This document shows positions 43,834-57,300 of a stretch of DNA of 64,000 nt, piece by piece. The translations under genes were made by a program, and so were the position numbers. Numbering within the stretch: position 1 is the first letter of the stretch; every line of letters starts with the position of its first letter. The notes below the pieces were generated by a model. That model worked only from the letters and a program-made list of their open reading frames with translations. It was not told the origin of the DNA and searched no databases. This DNA comes from Schmidtea polychroa. Lineage: Eukaryota. Where the stretch lies: assembly GCA_044892525.1 (NCBI GenBank), contig CM097888.1:35526001-35590000 (forward strand), given 5' to 3'.

Positions 43834-46800
43834 CAGTGACTGCGGAACACTTTTTGAGCTGGGGGGCTAATATCAGCAAGTCGTAAAGTTCGATAGATCT
43901 CTATCTAGAGAAGAGGTAGGGCAATTGTAGAAACCACCGCTGTTTGTATTTTATGGATCGTTTTTTGGCCAAACCTTTTTTAAATGATGGACATTTTTAA
44001 TCTTTCATCCGCCCCAAACAAAAGTCTCCACGCGATGACCCTAGCTAATAGTTTTTACAGTGTTACTTTACTATGAGTTTCTATTTATTCCCATATCAGT
44101 TAAGTCAATAAAACTCCATTAGGCTATATTAGGTGATGCACAATGACAAGAAAGTTAAGATCTCTTAAAGTCATTTTTAGAAAAAGTTCCGAACTTTACT
44201 TTCCGACGTTCATTTCTTGAGACGAATTCGTTGGCCACTGTTAGAAGACAGAGCTCATCATTTTTTTCTTTGTGTATGTTCAGTACTGCGATACTATTAA
44301 ATCTCTCTTGCGTCATTGAAGCACGGAGCCATGTTTTCAGACGCCTCGCTGCAGAAAACGATCTTTCACTTGATGCACTAGTCGCTGGATTAACGCTTAT
44401 CAGTTTACATATAGTGACAACACCTTCAACAAGTAGTTTCTCTGTTAATGAAAAAGTGCGCACTTTTTCACATATGCCGTTGAAGCACTTGATTTGTGAA
44501 TGTTCTTGGCACAAAGTTGAGAAAGCATGTAGTTGGGCTTGCAATGAATTAATATCAAGGTCAGAAGGATAAGTTTCACTGACAAATTTGAATACAGCGT
44601 TAGTGTTCTCCTTCTTTAAAGATTTGAGTAAAAGCGACTCCAGTTTCATATATGTGATAAAGCTCTCCTGCTGAAATCGTTGATCAATAGCTGCAATGAT
44701 TAAATCGAATGCCTCAAAGTAAATACTTCGATAATGGTCTTCTGGGTTAGATGGAAATGACGATGTTCCACTGCCAATTTGATATATAGCAGGCACATTT
44801 TTCCGACGTGGAAGTGTTGGTACAGAGATATCTGGCTGCAACTTTTGTTGGTGGAGTACTTCTGTGTAAAAATTTACAAAAATCTCATCGTTTCGCTTAC
44901 TCTGCAGTGTCTTCTTAACCACTTCAGCAAGATGCTGTCCTTCTGTTGCTGACACCTTTGTCTTCTGCAGAGCTTTTGCAAGGTTGTCTGTATGACGAAA
45001 TATGTTTTCGGCTAAATGTAATCCAAAAAAGAAGTCAAAATTTTGCATTTGCGCTTGAACGCCAATAATTCTGCACCGCACATCGGATTGCAACTTCACG
45101 GATAAGCAGATATCCCATTCTTGAAAGAGCGCTGAATAGTTGTCTAATATACGCTGACAGCATGTGGATCGAATTGTCCATCTGGTTGGACAGAACATAA
45201 TGATTCCATAACTATCTGACTCTTCACCTTCAATATTGTCTTTTATTTCACCCAGAAGATTTTCACGGAAAGGAGAATATTTTATAAGCGTCACAATTTC
45301 TTTGGCTGTATCCAATGTATCTGATACGAGTTTGCATTTAGATATCATGTCCTTCACACCCAGGCTTAAAGAATGCCCATGGCAATGTGTGACGAATGCA
45401 TTTGGTTGAATGCTCTGTATCTTTTTTGCAACACCAGTCTTACAGCCCATCATGTTGGCAGCTCCATCATAGCACTGTCCTCTGCAGTTATTTAAAGGTA
45501 GCTGTAATCTTAGTAGGATGTCGTTGATTGCAGAAAAGATTGTTTCTGCCTTAATATCATGCAGGTGATAGAATCCAATGAAGTCCTCCTTAATATTCAA
45601 ATCTTCATCAACCCATCGTAGACAGAGAGACAATAGTTCTTTATTAGAGATGTCGGTATATTCGTCACATATAAGCGCATAATGCTTCACATGGTTGATT
45701 TTTGAAACAATTGTGCGAATTATTTGTTGTGACATTATGGACAAAATTTCATTCTGTATGTCGTGGCTGGTGTATTTACTCCCTCTTCGTTTAATCCATT
45801 GGGTTAGTGCCGCATCGTCTCGAGCTCTGAGTTTGATCAGCTGAAAGAAGTTTGATTCTTCATCTGTATCTCCTTGAATGGCTTGTCCTTGTCTCCCAAG
45901 GTACTGTACATTTTCAATTAGCTTTATAAGGCATCGACGATTATCCTCCCGATCTTTCTTCATACTCTCTGAGAACATTTCCATAATGGGACGATGTGTG
46001 CTTGGAATTGTTACTTCAAAATTTATGGCAGTTTTATGACATTCAGATAACTGATGTTCTCGAAATCGCATTGTAGCCTTCTTCCAATTTGAAAATCCGT
46101 CAGAAATGAATGCATTTTCTTTATTTCTAGCTGAATCCAAGTTTATAAGTGAATTTTGTTTCTTGCACATGAAACAGACAACAGTATCACTTTCAATCCG
46201 ATAGTGTAACCACGGGAACTCACGAAACCAACAGCTCTGAAATGACCGATTCTGCTTTCCAAATTTTCTTTTCGGAAATTCAATATTCATTGGTTGGAAT
46301 AATTCCATGTTGGGTTGTTGAGTAGTACTGGTTAATTCAATAAGTTTATTGCTTTTCTCAGGATGATTTCTTTCTGAACATGGATGAGAACTTGGTACTA
46401 TTTCTTTTTCAATAACTTCTTGTGGTAACGTTATCATATGACTTTCCTCGTTAATCTCCACAGTGCTGGTTGTTTGAAGCGGAGTAAATTTGGAAACAAA
46501 AATATCGAATGTGGACTGCCTTCTTTTCTTGGGAGGAGGATCTGTAAAGATAAAACAGTTATGTTTGAACATTTATAAAATATGAATTCTAATTTTAATA
46601 ATATGTCAAAATTTATATTATTACTTCCTTTTTGTTTCGGTTTTACGCTAAAAAGTATATGGTAGGATAGCAGGCGTACAAACTTACGTAGACTTGTCCT
46701 GGGAGCAGTCGAGGCACGAATCAAACAAGCAATTAGCTAACCAGCATCCATAAATTTATCTTAACACTCAGTAATTGAACGAACCGAAAGCATTTAAATA

Positions 46801-47480
46801 ACTAAAAACGATACCGTAGCTTTTGAAAATTTTCATGTTCCCGAAGCACAGAAGGACAAAATCCAACCCATATAGGGATGCTACTTTTTATTATATTTAA
46901 GAATTGCACAAAATGGGAATATGAAAATACGTGAAAATTAAATAGATCACAATTCTTGAAAATTTGGTTGTGAAGCAGGCTTACAATAAAGATCCTCAGA
47001 ATTAAAAATCCATTTTTTAAATAATAAATTGCTGTTTTTAATTCAAGAACTTCACGTCAAAGCAATCGGTTCATTCATAATAAAAAACAGATTATCATAC
47101 ATTATTAATTGAAATAATGATTCAGTGCTCACCTGTCATTGTTAATACTCGAATAAATAAATGAATTCAAAACGCGTAGTAGTAAGTTAGTAGTGCGATA
47201 AAACAATTAAGAAGTCAGTTATAAAATATATAAATTGAATAAAGTCAAATGAAATTATGCAGTACGATTGATAAAACCAGCAAGTCTTTAACTCTTAATA
47301 AATTTCAATATGCTTCTTTTAAATCATAGGAACATACTGGCATACCATACTCTGCCAAAGATCGCTGTGCTATGTTCACAAGATTTAGTGACTGAAAGGA
47401 AGGGTCCAATTTTTTTTCTGTGGCAAGATAAGTGGGGGGGGGCTAAAGCCCCCCCAGCCCCCCCGGCTCCGCGGTCCCTG
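43834..47480 (-). mobile_element. Full-length hAT transposon (Tip100/ZMYM1-like transposase), 3647 bp, 5-bp TSD TATTA
   Basis: TIR cagtgactgcggaac vs cagggaccgcggagc, with G-rich subterminal ctggggggct. TATTA at 43829-33 and 47481-85; single TATTA at the empty site 34694-98. Confidence 0.93.
44155..46572 (-). CDS. Intact hAT transposase (TTF-type Zn finger, DUF4371-like core, dimerization domain), ~800 aa; true start may be in an upstream exon
   Basis: RSFQ..WF..FPWL.Y...C..C; ICDEYTD; CYDGAANM; HCHGH; CPTRW; ASSERSFS..RRLKTWLR..M.QER. Splice-acceptor-like tttacag lies before DPPPKK. Confidence 0.9.
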   Translation of the reverse strand: MFKHNCFIFTDPPPKKRRQSTFDIFVSKFTPLQTTSTVEINEESHMITLPQEVIEKEIVPSSHPCSERNHPEKSNKLIELTSTTQQPNMELFQPMNIEFPKRKFGKQNRSFQSCWFREFPWLHYRIESDTVVCFMCKKQNSLINLDSARNKENAFISDGFSNWKKATMRFREHQLSECHKTAINFEVTIPSTHRPIMEMFSESMKKDREDNRRCLIKLIENVQYLGRQGQAIQGDTDEESNFFQLIKLRARDDAALTQWIKRRGSKYTSHDIQNEILSIMSQQIIRTIVSKINHVKHYALICDEYTDISNKELLSLCLRWVDEDLNIKEDFIGFYHLHDIKAETIFSAINDILLRLQLPLNNCRGQCYDGAANMMGCKTGVAKKIQSIQPNAFVTHCHGHSLSLGVKDMISKCKLVSDTLDTAKEIVTLIKYSPFRENLLGEIKDNIEGEESDSYGIIMFCPTRWTIRSTCCQRILDNYSALFQEWDICLSVKLQSDVRCRIIGVQAQMQNFDFFFGLHLAENIFRHTDNLAKALQKTKVSATEGQHLAEVVKKTLQSKRNDEIFVNFYTEVLHQQKLQPDISVPTLPRRKNVPAIYQIGSGTSSFPSNPEDHYRSIYFEAFDLIIAAIDQRFQQESFITYMKLESLLLKSLKKENTNAVFKFVSETYPSDLDINSLQAQLHAFSTLCQEHSQIKCFNGICEKVRTFSLTEKLLVEGVVTICKLISVNPATSASSERSFSAARRLKTWLRASMTQERFNSIAVLNIHKEKNDELCLLTVANEFVSRNERRKVKFGTFSKNDFKRS

Positions 47481-47849
47481 TATTAATTGTGCCTCACATA
47501 TTGCTGAATTTTGAGGTTTTCAATCCTATTGTAAGAGGCGACTTGTGGTAGAATATGTAAAACTATTTTATTTTATTCTAGTTATGGAATTTTTTTTAAT
47601 ATACCTGATTGTAATTTGGAACATAAATCGGAAAAAATATAAAGTTGATGATGTAGAAACTGTCCAAGAAGTACACCTCTTATCATACAATTTTGTACTT
47701 TTTGAAGATAGTGTACTTAACACAGACTACAAACATTTACTGGTAACAGTGAAACTCTGTTGTACTAGTTTCTCTAAACTGTTTTCAAAATAAAACGAAA
47801 GCAAGAAAAATTTCTTGGTCTAGGTTTCTTCAAAATACTGAATAGAAAT

Positions 47850-48118
47850 CAGTGGCGTAGCCAAGGGGAAGGGGTCACACCCCTCTACCCAATTAGATTT
47901 TTCATGTACAAATATTTGTCGACGCCAAGTGCCTAAAAGATCATCTACCTAAATAAGAAAAAAACAAGACACTTTTTTCCTTTATTTTATTTGCGGTGAC
48001 ATCTGTCTGTACTCTCAGTACATTGTGATTATTTATTTTATTTTGGCTATTGACCTTAATATTAATAAATATTTCTCAACTCCAACTCCCCCTTCATAAA
48101 TTCTTGGCTAAGCCACTG
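47850..48118. mobile_element. hAT-type MITE (right-arm copy)
   Basis: Same insertion as 34122..34386 (TSD atagaaat), 4 nt longer in a T tract. Confidence 0.9.
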
Positions 48119-49689
48119 ATAGAAATATTTAAAGATTGTATTGCTTCATGCAAAGATTTATCTTTTTGAATTCCCACAACTTCGGTTAATGTAAAATTTT
48201 TGTCCGCATCTAGTTCACAATTTTTATATGCCACGATATGATTTCTCAACAGGATCTTCTAAAGTTCTTGAAATTGTATCTGAGAAAATATATTCACAAT
48301 TTTGAAAACTTGTTAACACTATGATTATGTCAATGTGAAGGATACACTATATCAAGGGATATTTTGATCTCGGGTTTTGGAGCCCGATATCTGTTTCTCG
48401 TAAAAAACACTGGAAAATTCACAAAGATATTTGGTCGCATTATTTTCTAGAAAATTTATAGGCTCACTATAGTTTTAGGCATTTTTGTACATGGACTTGT
48501 GAGGTCAGTATTTTATGTAGGCAAAGAAGGGTTTCTGACGTATTTGGTCATAGAGTCTTTGAATATTTAATAATTTCTATTTATATGTTTGTAAGACTAT
48601 ATATCAAAACAATATATAAAGTATAATAATTTTTTTATCTATAATTTTATAACCATAAATATGAATTAGCATTTTAGTCACAATTTAATGCTGAAATTTT
48701 GTGTGCGATTATAGTTTTGAATTGAATTTGTATTTGCTTTTGTTATCTTCAAAAGACGAATTCACTTTCATACAATAAAATCGCTAAACCTTTTTTGGCC
48801 CTTAGCCACGTTTAAAAACTAAAAGGTTGGAAATAATGAATGATATTGACCTGCGAGAAGTGAACAGTTCCTACTACGTCGTTCATTGGTAATCTCCTTG
48901 TATCCTAGTTGGACGATGGCTAGTGAGAGATGGAAATGTACTCAACACCCGGTATCTACATTTTTTACATCACCGCGTGCCAGTGCCAAGCTTGCGACTG
49001 GGAATTGTCGGTAAATGCAGGAGAAAGAAAACTGGAAAACATTTGATTAGCTCTAGTGCCACAAATAAAACAAGCTATATAAAGAGAAACTGGTAGACAA
49101 ATTTAGATAAAATCGAGATGATAAATCAGACAGAGTAGGACGAAACATTATCGGGAAAACGATTTGTGAAGAATAATTGTGGAGAATAATATGATTTAGC
49201 AGAGTTATTCCAGAATCTCTTGTCTTCTCACCTGTCATCCTCTTCTTGAACCCGAGTCTGCACTCTAATGATATTCCATACTGGTCTGATTTTAAAGCGC
49301 TTGTTCAATTGCCTGCTCCACAAAATCATTACGCTGCTTGTACATAAAAATTCTTATCGTCTCTAGCTTTATCACCACCTTTTCAAGAGTTACGCTCTTA
49401 TTCTGAAGGTACAGCTGTGTAAGAGGTCGCAAAAAAGAGGTAGCACTGGGACAGGAACGCAGAACGGGCCTCTGGAAAAAGTACTCGTGACCACCGCCGT
49501 TCTAATTTCATGGAGTGACATAGAATCATAGACAGTGATATTTTTCATTTTGGTGTCACGCTTTATGATGGATATTTTTGCTTTCCAAGACATGGTCTTT
49601 TATGGAAAATTTTAGGATATTTAAATATATATTAAGTTAATCAAATGTTAAATAATTTTCATTGAATTACGGTAGGACCTGCCAAGATA

Positions 49690-49945
49690 CAATTTTGTAC
49701 TTTTTGAAGATAGTGAACTTTAAACACTGAGTACAAACAAACATTTAGTGGTAACAATTTAACTTTGTGAAACTCTGTTGCACTAGTTTGTCTGAACTGT
49801 TTTCATTGTTTTTCAAAATAAAACGAAAGCTATATAAACTTCTTGGTCTATATTGTTTCCTTCAAAATACTGAATAGAAATATTTAAAGATTGTATTGCT
49901 TCATGCAAAGATTCATCTTTCCAAATTGCCACAACTTCGGTTAAT
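49690..49945 (+). repeat. Diverged third copy of the sequence flanking the arm MITE, lacking the MITE
   Basis: Matches 47690..47849 plus 48119..48195, with a single atagaaat at 49874..49881. Confidence 0.8.
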
Positions 49946-50374
49946 ATCAGTTTTAGGTCAACATATGATTGTGAAAAATACCTGAACAAATACCGGAGTA
50001 GACTAACTGATCAAATTTGAAAGCCTTAGTGCAGTTACAATCTACGAAATACAAACCAAATTTAGCACAGCTATCCAAATAGTTTCAAACCAAGAAATTA
50101 CTTTTTAAATATATAATCTATTTTATGATTTTTATTGTTTCTATTTTCAATTAGTTGATTTTTTATGATGATTGGATAATATTAAATTTTTTTTATAGTT
50201 TTGGCACTTAGGTTTAAAAGGTCTTTGACCGCTGATTTAAAGAGAACCGCCCCAAAAATCACTTTTTTTGTCCAAATAAAATTTTTCCTCGTTGAATTTT
50301 ATGAAATAAATTCTAATTTTGACAATAAACAAATCTAATTTATTCTGGAAAGACTCAGCAAGCATCCGGCCATC

Positions 50375-50824
50375 TAGGCTAGACAAATCTCCCGTTTTTC
50401 CCGGGAGTCTTCCGGAATTTGCTTTCGTCTCCCATCTCTCGGTTAACTATGACCCGGGAGATGTCAATTTCCTGTCTTTCCGGTTTTACAATATATTACA
50501 ATTTTTCAAGAAAAAAGTGCAGTTTTTGAAGTTTTAACTTTTATTTGATTTCTCTAAAATCATCAAAGCTATTGAAGTCAGCCCGACGACAAGAAAAATA
50601 CAATTTTAAAAACAAACAAAAATAGCATGATTTATAAACTGTACTAAGTAATATGTAAAAATAATTGTTTTGTTTAAATCTTTATGGTATTAGTCATCAT
50701 ATAGTTATAATCATTAACATGTGTAAACTAAAGAAGTGAAAAAACACCTGTTATATTATTTCTTAAACGTTATACTGTTCGCAATTTTATAATCTACTCG
50801 AGGTTGTTGGAGTTGGCAAACCTA
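50375..50824. mobile_element. hAT-type MITE (TAGG.TTGCCA family)
   Basis: Flanks cggccatc / cggccacc (7/8). Ends taggctagacaaatctccc vs reverse-complement taggtttgccaactccc; ccggg/cccg subterminal repeats. Confidence 0.65.
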
Positions 50825-51999
50825 CGGCCACCATATTCATAAAAAAGAAACTACAGTACTTGAAAAGTATATATCTAGTCCACTCATACCGATAGTGTCT
50901 AGATATATCACATTTGAAAATGTCAGAGGAAATTGAAATTGATAATCCATAGAGTTGTTTCAAACACCCAATAAAAATGAATTATCACCAAAATATTTAT
51001 AAAGCGTGATATTTTACTACGGATTTCAAATATATCTGGCTGTTGAAAGAATATGTACCTAGGAAGAATTCCAAAACGAAAGTTCAGTTTAATTAGCGTT
51101 GATTTGTGGAAATAAAAAATCAAAAAGAACCCATCGTAATTGGAATTAATATACATTGAAAACCAGAAAGATCGCAACGAAAAAAGTTCATTTTTCAAAG
51201 TTAGTAATTAATAAGTTAAACTTTAGAAAGCATTTGTAGAGAACTTTAATTTGAATAAAACGTATAATATCGTAATTCATTAATATGAAAAATTACTTCG
51301 GGTAAAACGTTAACGGAACATTTACTCACAATCACAACGACGGACAATCAATGTATTTGATAAATGAAACAAATAGCCTCAGCAATCAAACAATCACTGT
51401 TTAACATAAACTCAATGAAAATGATCCAATAATTATATACTATTTTAGGAAAATTCAAGCTCTACTGGGAAGTCAACAAACCTTCACAACTTCTAGTTTT
51501 CAAAGATACCAATCAGAAGCAACATTCAAGATGATAAAATCAAATATTATTGAAGCATTTCCAAAGAAAAAAACTAACAGAAAAATCATTGGCGCTTAAG
51601 GGGCGTGTCGTTTAAATAAGGTTACGTATGGATTTGGCATCGACTCTTTCCTAAGCGCCTTCATGATTATTTTATTTTATACCATCGGTGTAACCATGGG
51701 AACAGCCATGTTTGTAATGTACTCAGTGGCTGAAAATCAATGAGCAGGTGAGCTCTACTACTAGAACTACTCCTCATTAGATTTTCATTTTCGGGTCCTG
51801 AACTGCCGATAGAAGGTCCTACGTCACTTTCATTATCTAACCCTATCTTATATTATTGTCCCTCTGTATTTAATTAATTATGGTCCTCATCACTGGATGT
51901 TATTCAATAATACTTTCAAAAATTTTGCACGGGTATCCGCCCTTATTTCACAGTTCATAAATTTTATCCTAGATTTCTATAATAATTGATGTTATTCAG

Positions 52000-52480
52000 T
52001 GTGCTCTTCAAATTATTTGAGCAGGGATCTGCCTATATTTCTGATTCTGACCTATGTGGAAACTAATTACTTCCTCCCCGAGAGAGATTTTCCTTATATT
52101 ATCTTCGAAAATTGTATTACAGCGCGATTTTGATTCATTCTACCATTCACTAGAACTGAAATGTTCTACAGGGGTCGTACATTGGGTTTCCTCCACCTGA
52201 TCGACCTAACGGTCAACCAGGTTTTCTAACCGCACCCGTCAATCCATTTGCACCGGACAGGCCTCAGGTCATCAGAACCTTCTTATCTGCTCTACCAGGA
52301 TTCTGACCCTTGAAAACTTCAAGTCCGTATTCCAACCATCATTTGCGACTTGATTTATCGTTAACTTTCTCGTAGCATGGAATGAGAGCTGCCTTCATAC
52401 GCCACTAGCTTTCCAATAAATTAGTCGACCAAATGATCCATTTTCCCAGTCACACTCGGTAAGCTTCAGAACCCGAACGA
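52000..52480 (-). pseudogene. Possible non-LTR retrotransposon RT 3' fragment
   Basis: Minus strand RLEYGLEVF resembles the LEYG..VW motif downstream of LINE RT; heavily degraded. Confidence 0.3.
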
Positions 52481-53199
52481 ATAACCATAATGTTCTCGCA
52501 GTTTCATTCACCCGCCAGTTGGTCGTTGTATTTTGGACTGTCTTTGGAAACATGGTTAAATTTTAAAGAAAAGCATAATAAAAAGAACAAAAAAATTTAA
52601 ATAGAACATTAAAATTTATTAACTTACAAATTAATCTATACAAAACAAACTTACCACCACTGGATAAAATTCAATAGAACCAAATATTGAGAAAGTTAAC
52701 AAAAAAGTTGAAAAAATAAATTTTCAGTCAGTATTTATACTGACTTTAGTTGTCCGCCTAGGCATTTGTTACCACTCAATCCAATCGGAATGCGTATGAA
52801 TTTGATAAAATACACACCCATAGACACACGAATGATGCCATATTTAATTTGCATGCATATTATATTTAATTGATTATTTTAAACAATCAAATTTTTTAAT
52901 AATTTTATTTTTTACTTGATTTTACAGGGTTATTCATTTTTACATCTATTCATTTTTATATCGACATATATTAATTTTAATATGGCACTAAAAATTTGTA
53001 TCCGATTTCGTTTTACTGAAAAATGGTTAAAATTTCTGAGGTTTTATGAAATCTTGCGTTGTCCATTATTAAAACTTTATTTGGTTTACGTGTGAAATAT
53101 GGAACAAGATGATTTTAAATAAATTCTTTAAATGAAGTAGAATTATACGCGCCCAACTTATATTCGTAACATATTTAACCATCAATTCCAATTGCACAA

Positions 53200-53300
53200 A
53201 ATAAATTATTGTTTATTCCCTTATTGGCAGGTATGAAACGTGAAATTAGAAAATATTTATCTGGGTGCGATTTTTGTCAACTGTGTCAAATTTTTATAGT
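53200..53300 (+). pseudogene. Gypsy integrase zinc-finger fragment
   Basis: WAGMKREIRKYLSGCDFCQ matches the W.GM..D/EI..Y...C..CQ H2C2 motif. Confidence 0.5.
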
Positions 53301-54324
53301 TTTACCGGGTAAAACCTTGGAAGGTTTGAAATATAACCATTGTTTAGTTGTAAATAGTTTTTAAATTTTATAAATCTTCAAACTTTAAGAACACATTCCT
53401 GGTCAACTAGGCTATTTTCACATCCCGGAAAAGTTAAAAAAGTTTTTATTTAATGTGACGGATATATACAATTGTCATGCTGACAGCCATTTTTCTTCGG
53501 AAGGAGTGGAATTTCCAAATGCCGTTTTAGTTACAATTTCAAATGAAATAATAATTACGTGAAATTAGCTGTATATTTCTGGCAGCAATTTTAATGTCAA
53601 ATATGCTATTTCTTTTTAACTTATTTATGGTTAGTATAAAATATTTACAACCGTCACTTAAAAACAATAGGCGGGAAGATACGGAATAGATGCAAAGCGG
53701 GCATTGACAATTTAATGAACCACACGAAAAATGAAAGACAATGTACCGATGGCCTGATGCAAGAGACGGCAGACGGGCGACTAAACTCGATAGCGTCGTT
53801 AGTAGTTTAGATTTACCTTCGCATCTTTGATGTGTTAATCTATCTAAAAACCATAAGAATTTTAACTTCTGTCACGTGTGGATTCTAAGTGCTCACTTTG
53901 TTTTGTTTTATATCCGTTCGAAGCCGGGTATGGTAGCTAGTTATATATAGAAAACTGAATTGACAGTAATAAAATAAAATATGTTCATTTTTCAGAAAAA
54001 GAAACAACAATGTTGACTGAATTGTTATTCCTGTTCTGGCTGTCACCTTCCACAAAATCAAGTGGTTCTGATATCTCGTGTTCTTCATGCTGAGTACTAA
54101 TACAACTAATTGATGCTTATTAATTAATATTATTAATACGAAAATTATTTTACATTCTGTAAAAATTTTAAAGTCTAAATTATTAGGCATATTTCAAAAT
54201 ACTTTGTCTGAAGTTTGATTTGATTATGTGAATCACATTTGTTTTAATAATAATTTCTTTCAAAATTCGTATAATATATAGAAAAATTGTTAATTTTTAA
54301 AAACAATTTCAATTTTTATATTAG

Positions 54325-57300
54325 ATGGAAAACAATTACCGACTTGGTATTATTTTTAATAGTATAGATGCATACCCTAAGAATTTATCAGTACTTTCTT
54401 TGTTTTCAAAATATACACATTTTATTTATGCCTTACTTTTAAGATCATTGATGAGTCAGGGGAATATATCCGTAGCCTTAAAGAAGACAAAGCTCTTATT
54501 GTAAGCATAAAATTTGAATAAATCTGTAAATATCACATAATGTTAAGATCAATAGAGGTCAATCAGAAGAAGATAATATGAGAATTCAATTAGGAATTCT
54601 ATATTTTTTACTCTTTGAACGTTCACAGACACAGTTTGATTTTAAAGATTTAATCTTAATAAGTCGAGATGGTGTAAAAGCTTGTTCCGGTTATTTGATT
54701 ACTTTAATTTCCGAAAATTGGAATCGATTAAATACTGACGTGCGGACAAATGTACTCAGCATATTGATTGATTTTATATCTTTTCCAATGGCCGATTCAT
54801 TATTTATGGCAATATTTAAGCGGATGATCAGTAAGTTTTAGCATGTTCTTCATAGTCTAATTTAAATTTAAAAGTCAAGTTCATTTAATGTTTTTTTGAC
54901 AAAATGATTTATATTGTGTTTAATACTGAATGACTTTTATTTATATAATGCATATATTAATAAATAAATATACTATTGAATTATTTCAGCTGGTGACCTG
55001 ACTCAGTCGAATTTGTGGTTAATCGAAAATATGCTAAATCTCATTGAAGAGCACAAGTAATTTGAATGAAAAATAGTTATAAATTATAAATTGAAATTCA
55101 GAGAATTGCTGGTGAAAGATCGTAAATTGTTGCCAATGATTGTATATACGTATTTGCGTTTGATTCCCACCCATTATCAATTCAGCATCGCCATGAATAC
55201 TCCGAATAATAATCTAGCTAGGCTTTGTAGAAAAGAAATCGCGCTTGTAATGGATGTAATCAGGAATAATGTAAGCGCTTGATTGTTATTCATTCAAATT
55301 AATAACTTAGTTTTAATATAATTCAACTGTTATGCAGTTAATGTAGATTTTATGGTGACTTGGGACATTATAAAGTCGTACGTTGGAGACGTGAGCCAAC
55401 TATGATGGCCTGCTGAGCCTACTTGAGCATAAATTGAATTAACTGTTCACTTAGCCAATTATTATAATCCTTCGTATCTCTTTTAAATTATAAATGAAAC
55501 AGAACTGATAATTCAATAAATATTGCTGACCAATTATCTACTTTGTAATGTGGCTGAATTAAGACCTGTTGCTAACTGGTTATAAAGCTGCTAATGCGTA
55601 ACCTAATGATTATAATAATCTGGTTGGTCACAAACGTTCATAAACGCTCGAGTTCGATATAGATTTTAGTTAAAGGTTTTTCAGTTGACACTTTACTACC
55701 AATTTTTGTGACAGAACTGTCAGGAAGCCGTTTAAAGCATGAATATGATGTTAGCTAGTGCGTTTACCATATATAGAAGCATGCTCATTAATATCTGTTC
55801 ATTAATAGCCATTTAAATATACTCACTCATTTCCTGGAGGCCTAAAGAGCGGGACAAATCGAATTTGTGTGTTTGGGAGCCACCACCAGCCCCAAGCATT
55901 CATGAGACATTTATTGATTTTTGCTTTTTATGCAGATCTTATGACCACCTGGAACATCTGACCTAATTTATTTAAATTTAGAATGTTTTACTTGAACTTA
56001 CAATGTTCTCAGAATGAGCTTAAAGTATTCCTAATTAATGCAACTCCTTTTTTGAGTGGTTATTTGAAGTCAAACCCTCGCTATTGAGAAAACTATTATT
56101 AAGAATGAGCCTAATATTGATATTTAACAATTTCATACAACTGTCATCACTAAGAATCGTATTCAAATAAAACAATTGTTTCCGTTGACATTACTAACAG
56201 TAGTGATATAATTTGTTGATTCGATCACTGAATTATGTTGCGAAAATATTACTTAAATCTTTCTGTTTTTCTAAGTATTCAGTACTTCATTTCCAAGTTC
56301 CGTTGATCCAATCTTTGATAAAGGCCATTGGTTGTTATGAGTTAATTTTGTGAGAATACATAAATCCACCATTATGGGATTGGTTCTGAAAGTGAGGAAG
56401 TTGAAGCAGTTATTTATGGGGAATACATGGCAAATAGGGAATTCATGGAAACTGTTTATTTATTGAGGATTTATGAATCCCAAGATCGATTGAACATATC
56501 TCAAACTGGAAAAATCAATTAAACATGTATCAGTTTATGTCCTGTAAGTTAGGTATTAATTCCGCAAGAGAGGTCGTGGGAACATTTTCTGATAAAATGG
56601 AACGCTATGATAGAATAGATAGATGTGTGGAATCCAGCCCAGCAGGATCCAGGACTTTCACAATTTTTTGTTTAGCGAATAGGACAACTAATGACAACGT
56701 AACATGAAATTAATTTCAATTGTCAATTAAATATTTTATAAGAACTTTTTATATCAATATACTTGAAATTAAATTGGCGGGGGGGGGGTTGCCAAAAAGA
56801 AATATTTCGGAAATGGAAATATTTCGTGCAAGGATACCAAGATGTGGATTTATACCAGCCGATATGACAGCAATATCTATGACACAAAGATCAATTCATT
56901 TTCATATGGGATGGAATAATCTAAAATTAACATTTTTATTGATTACAATTAAAACACCATTCGCCCAGAAATTCTTTTTAAGAATATTCATTGTGACCAT
57001 GTGCAGTTCATGAAATGGCAGTCGCATTTATCCACAAAAATGAGAATGAACTAATCATAATTTGGGATTTACAGCTCATATGAATCTTCACGCTTTATTA
57101 GTTTTATATTGATTTTGTTTGATTTTATTTCCAATCTGAAGTTTTGCCACCTGTAATTCTTCTGTATTAGTTTGACGAATGCTGCAAACAAGTTGGTAGA
57201 GATTTGCTATTCACCCTCACACAAGTTTCCAACATTCCTGAATTCAATAAATTATGGACAGAAATGAACTCAAGTTTAGAAAAACTCTCAAATCAATATA

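Noticed and set aside
55340-55900. Possible degraded PIF1/Helitron helicase in the INTS3 intron
   Set aside because: Only scattered partial motifs (GAGGGS, ATG..SATLQS, RRIIII) across stops and frames; too weak to call.
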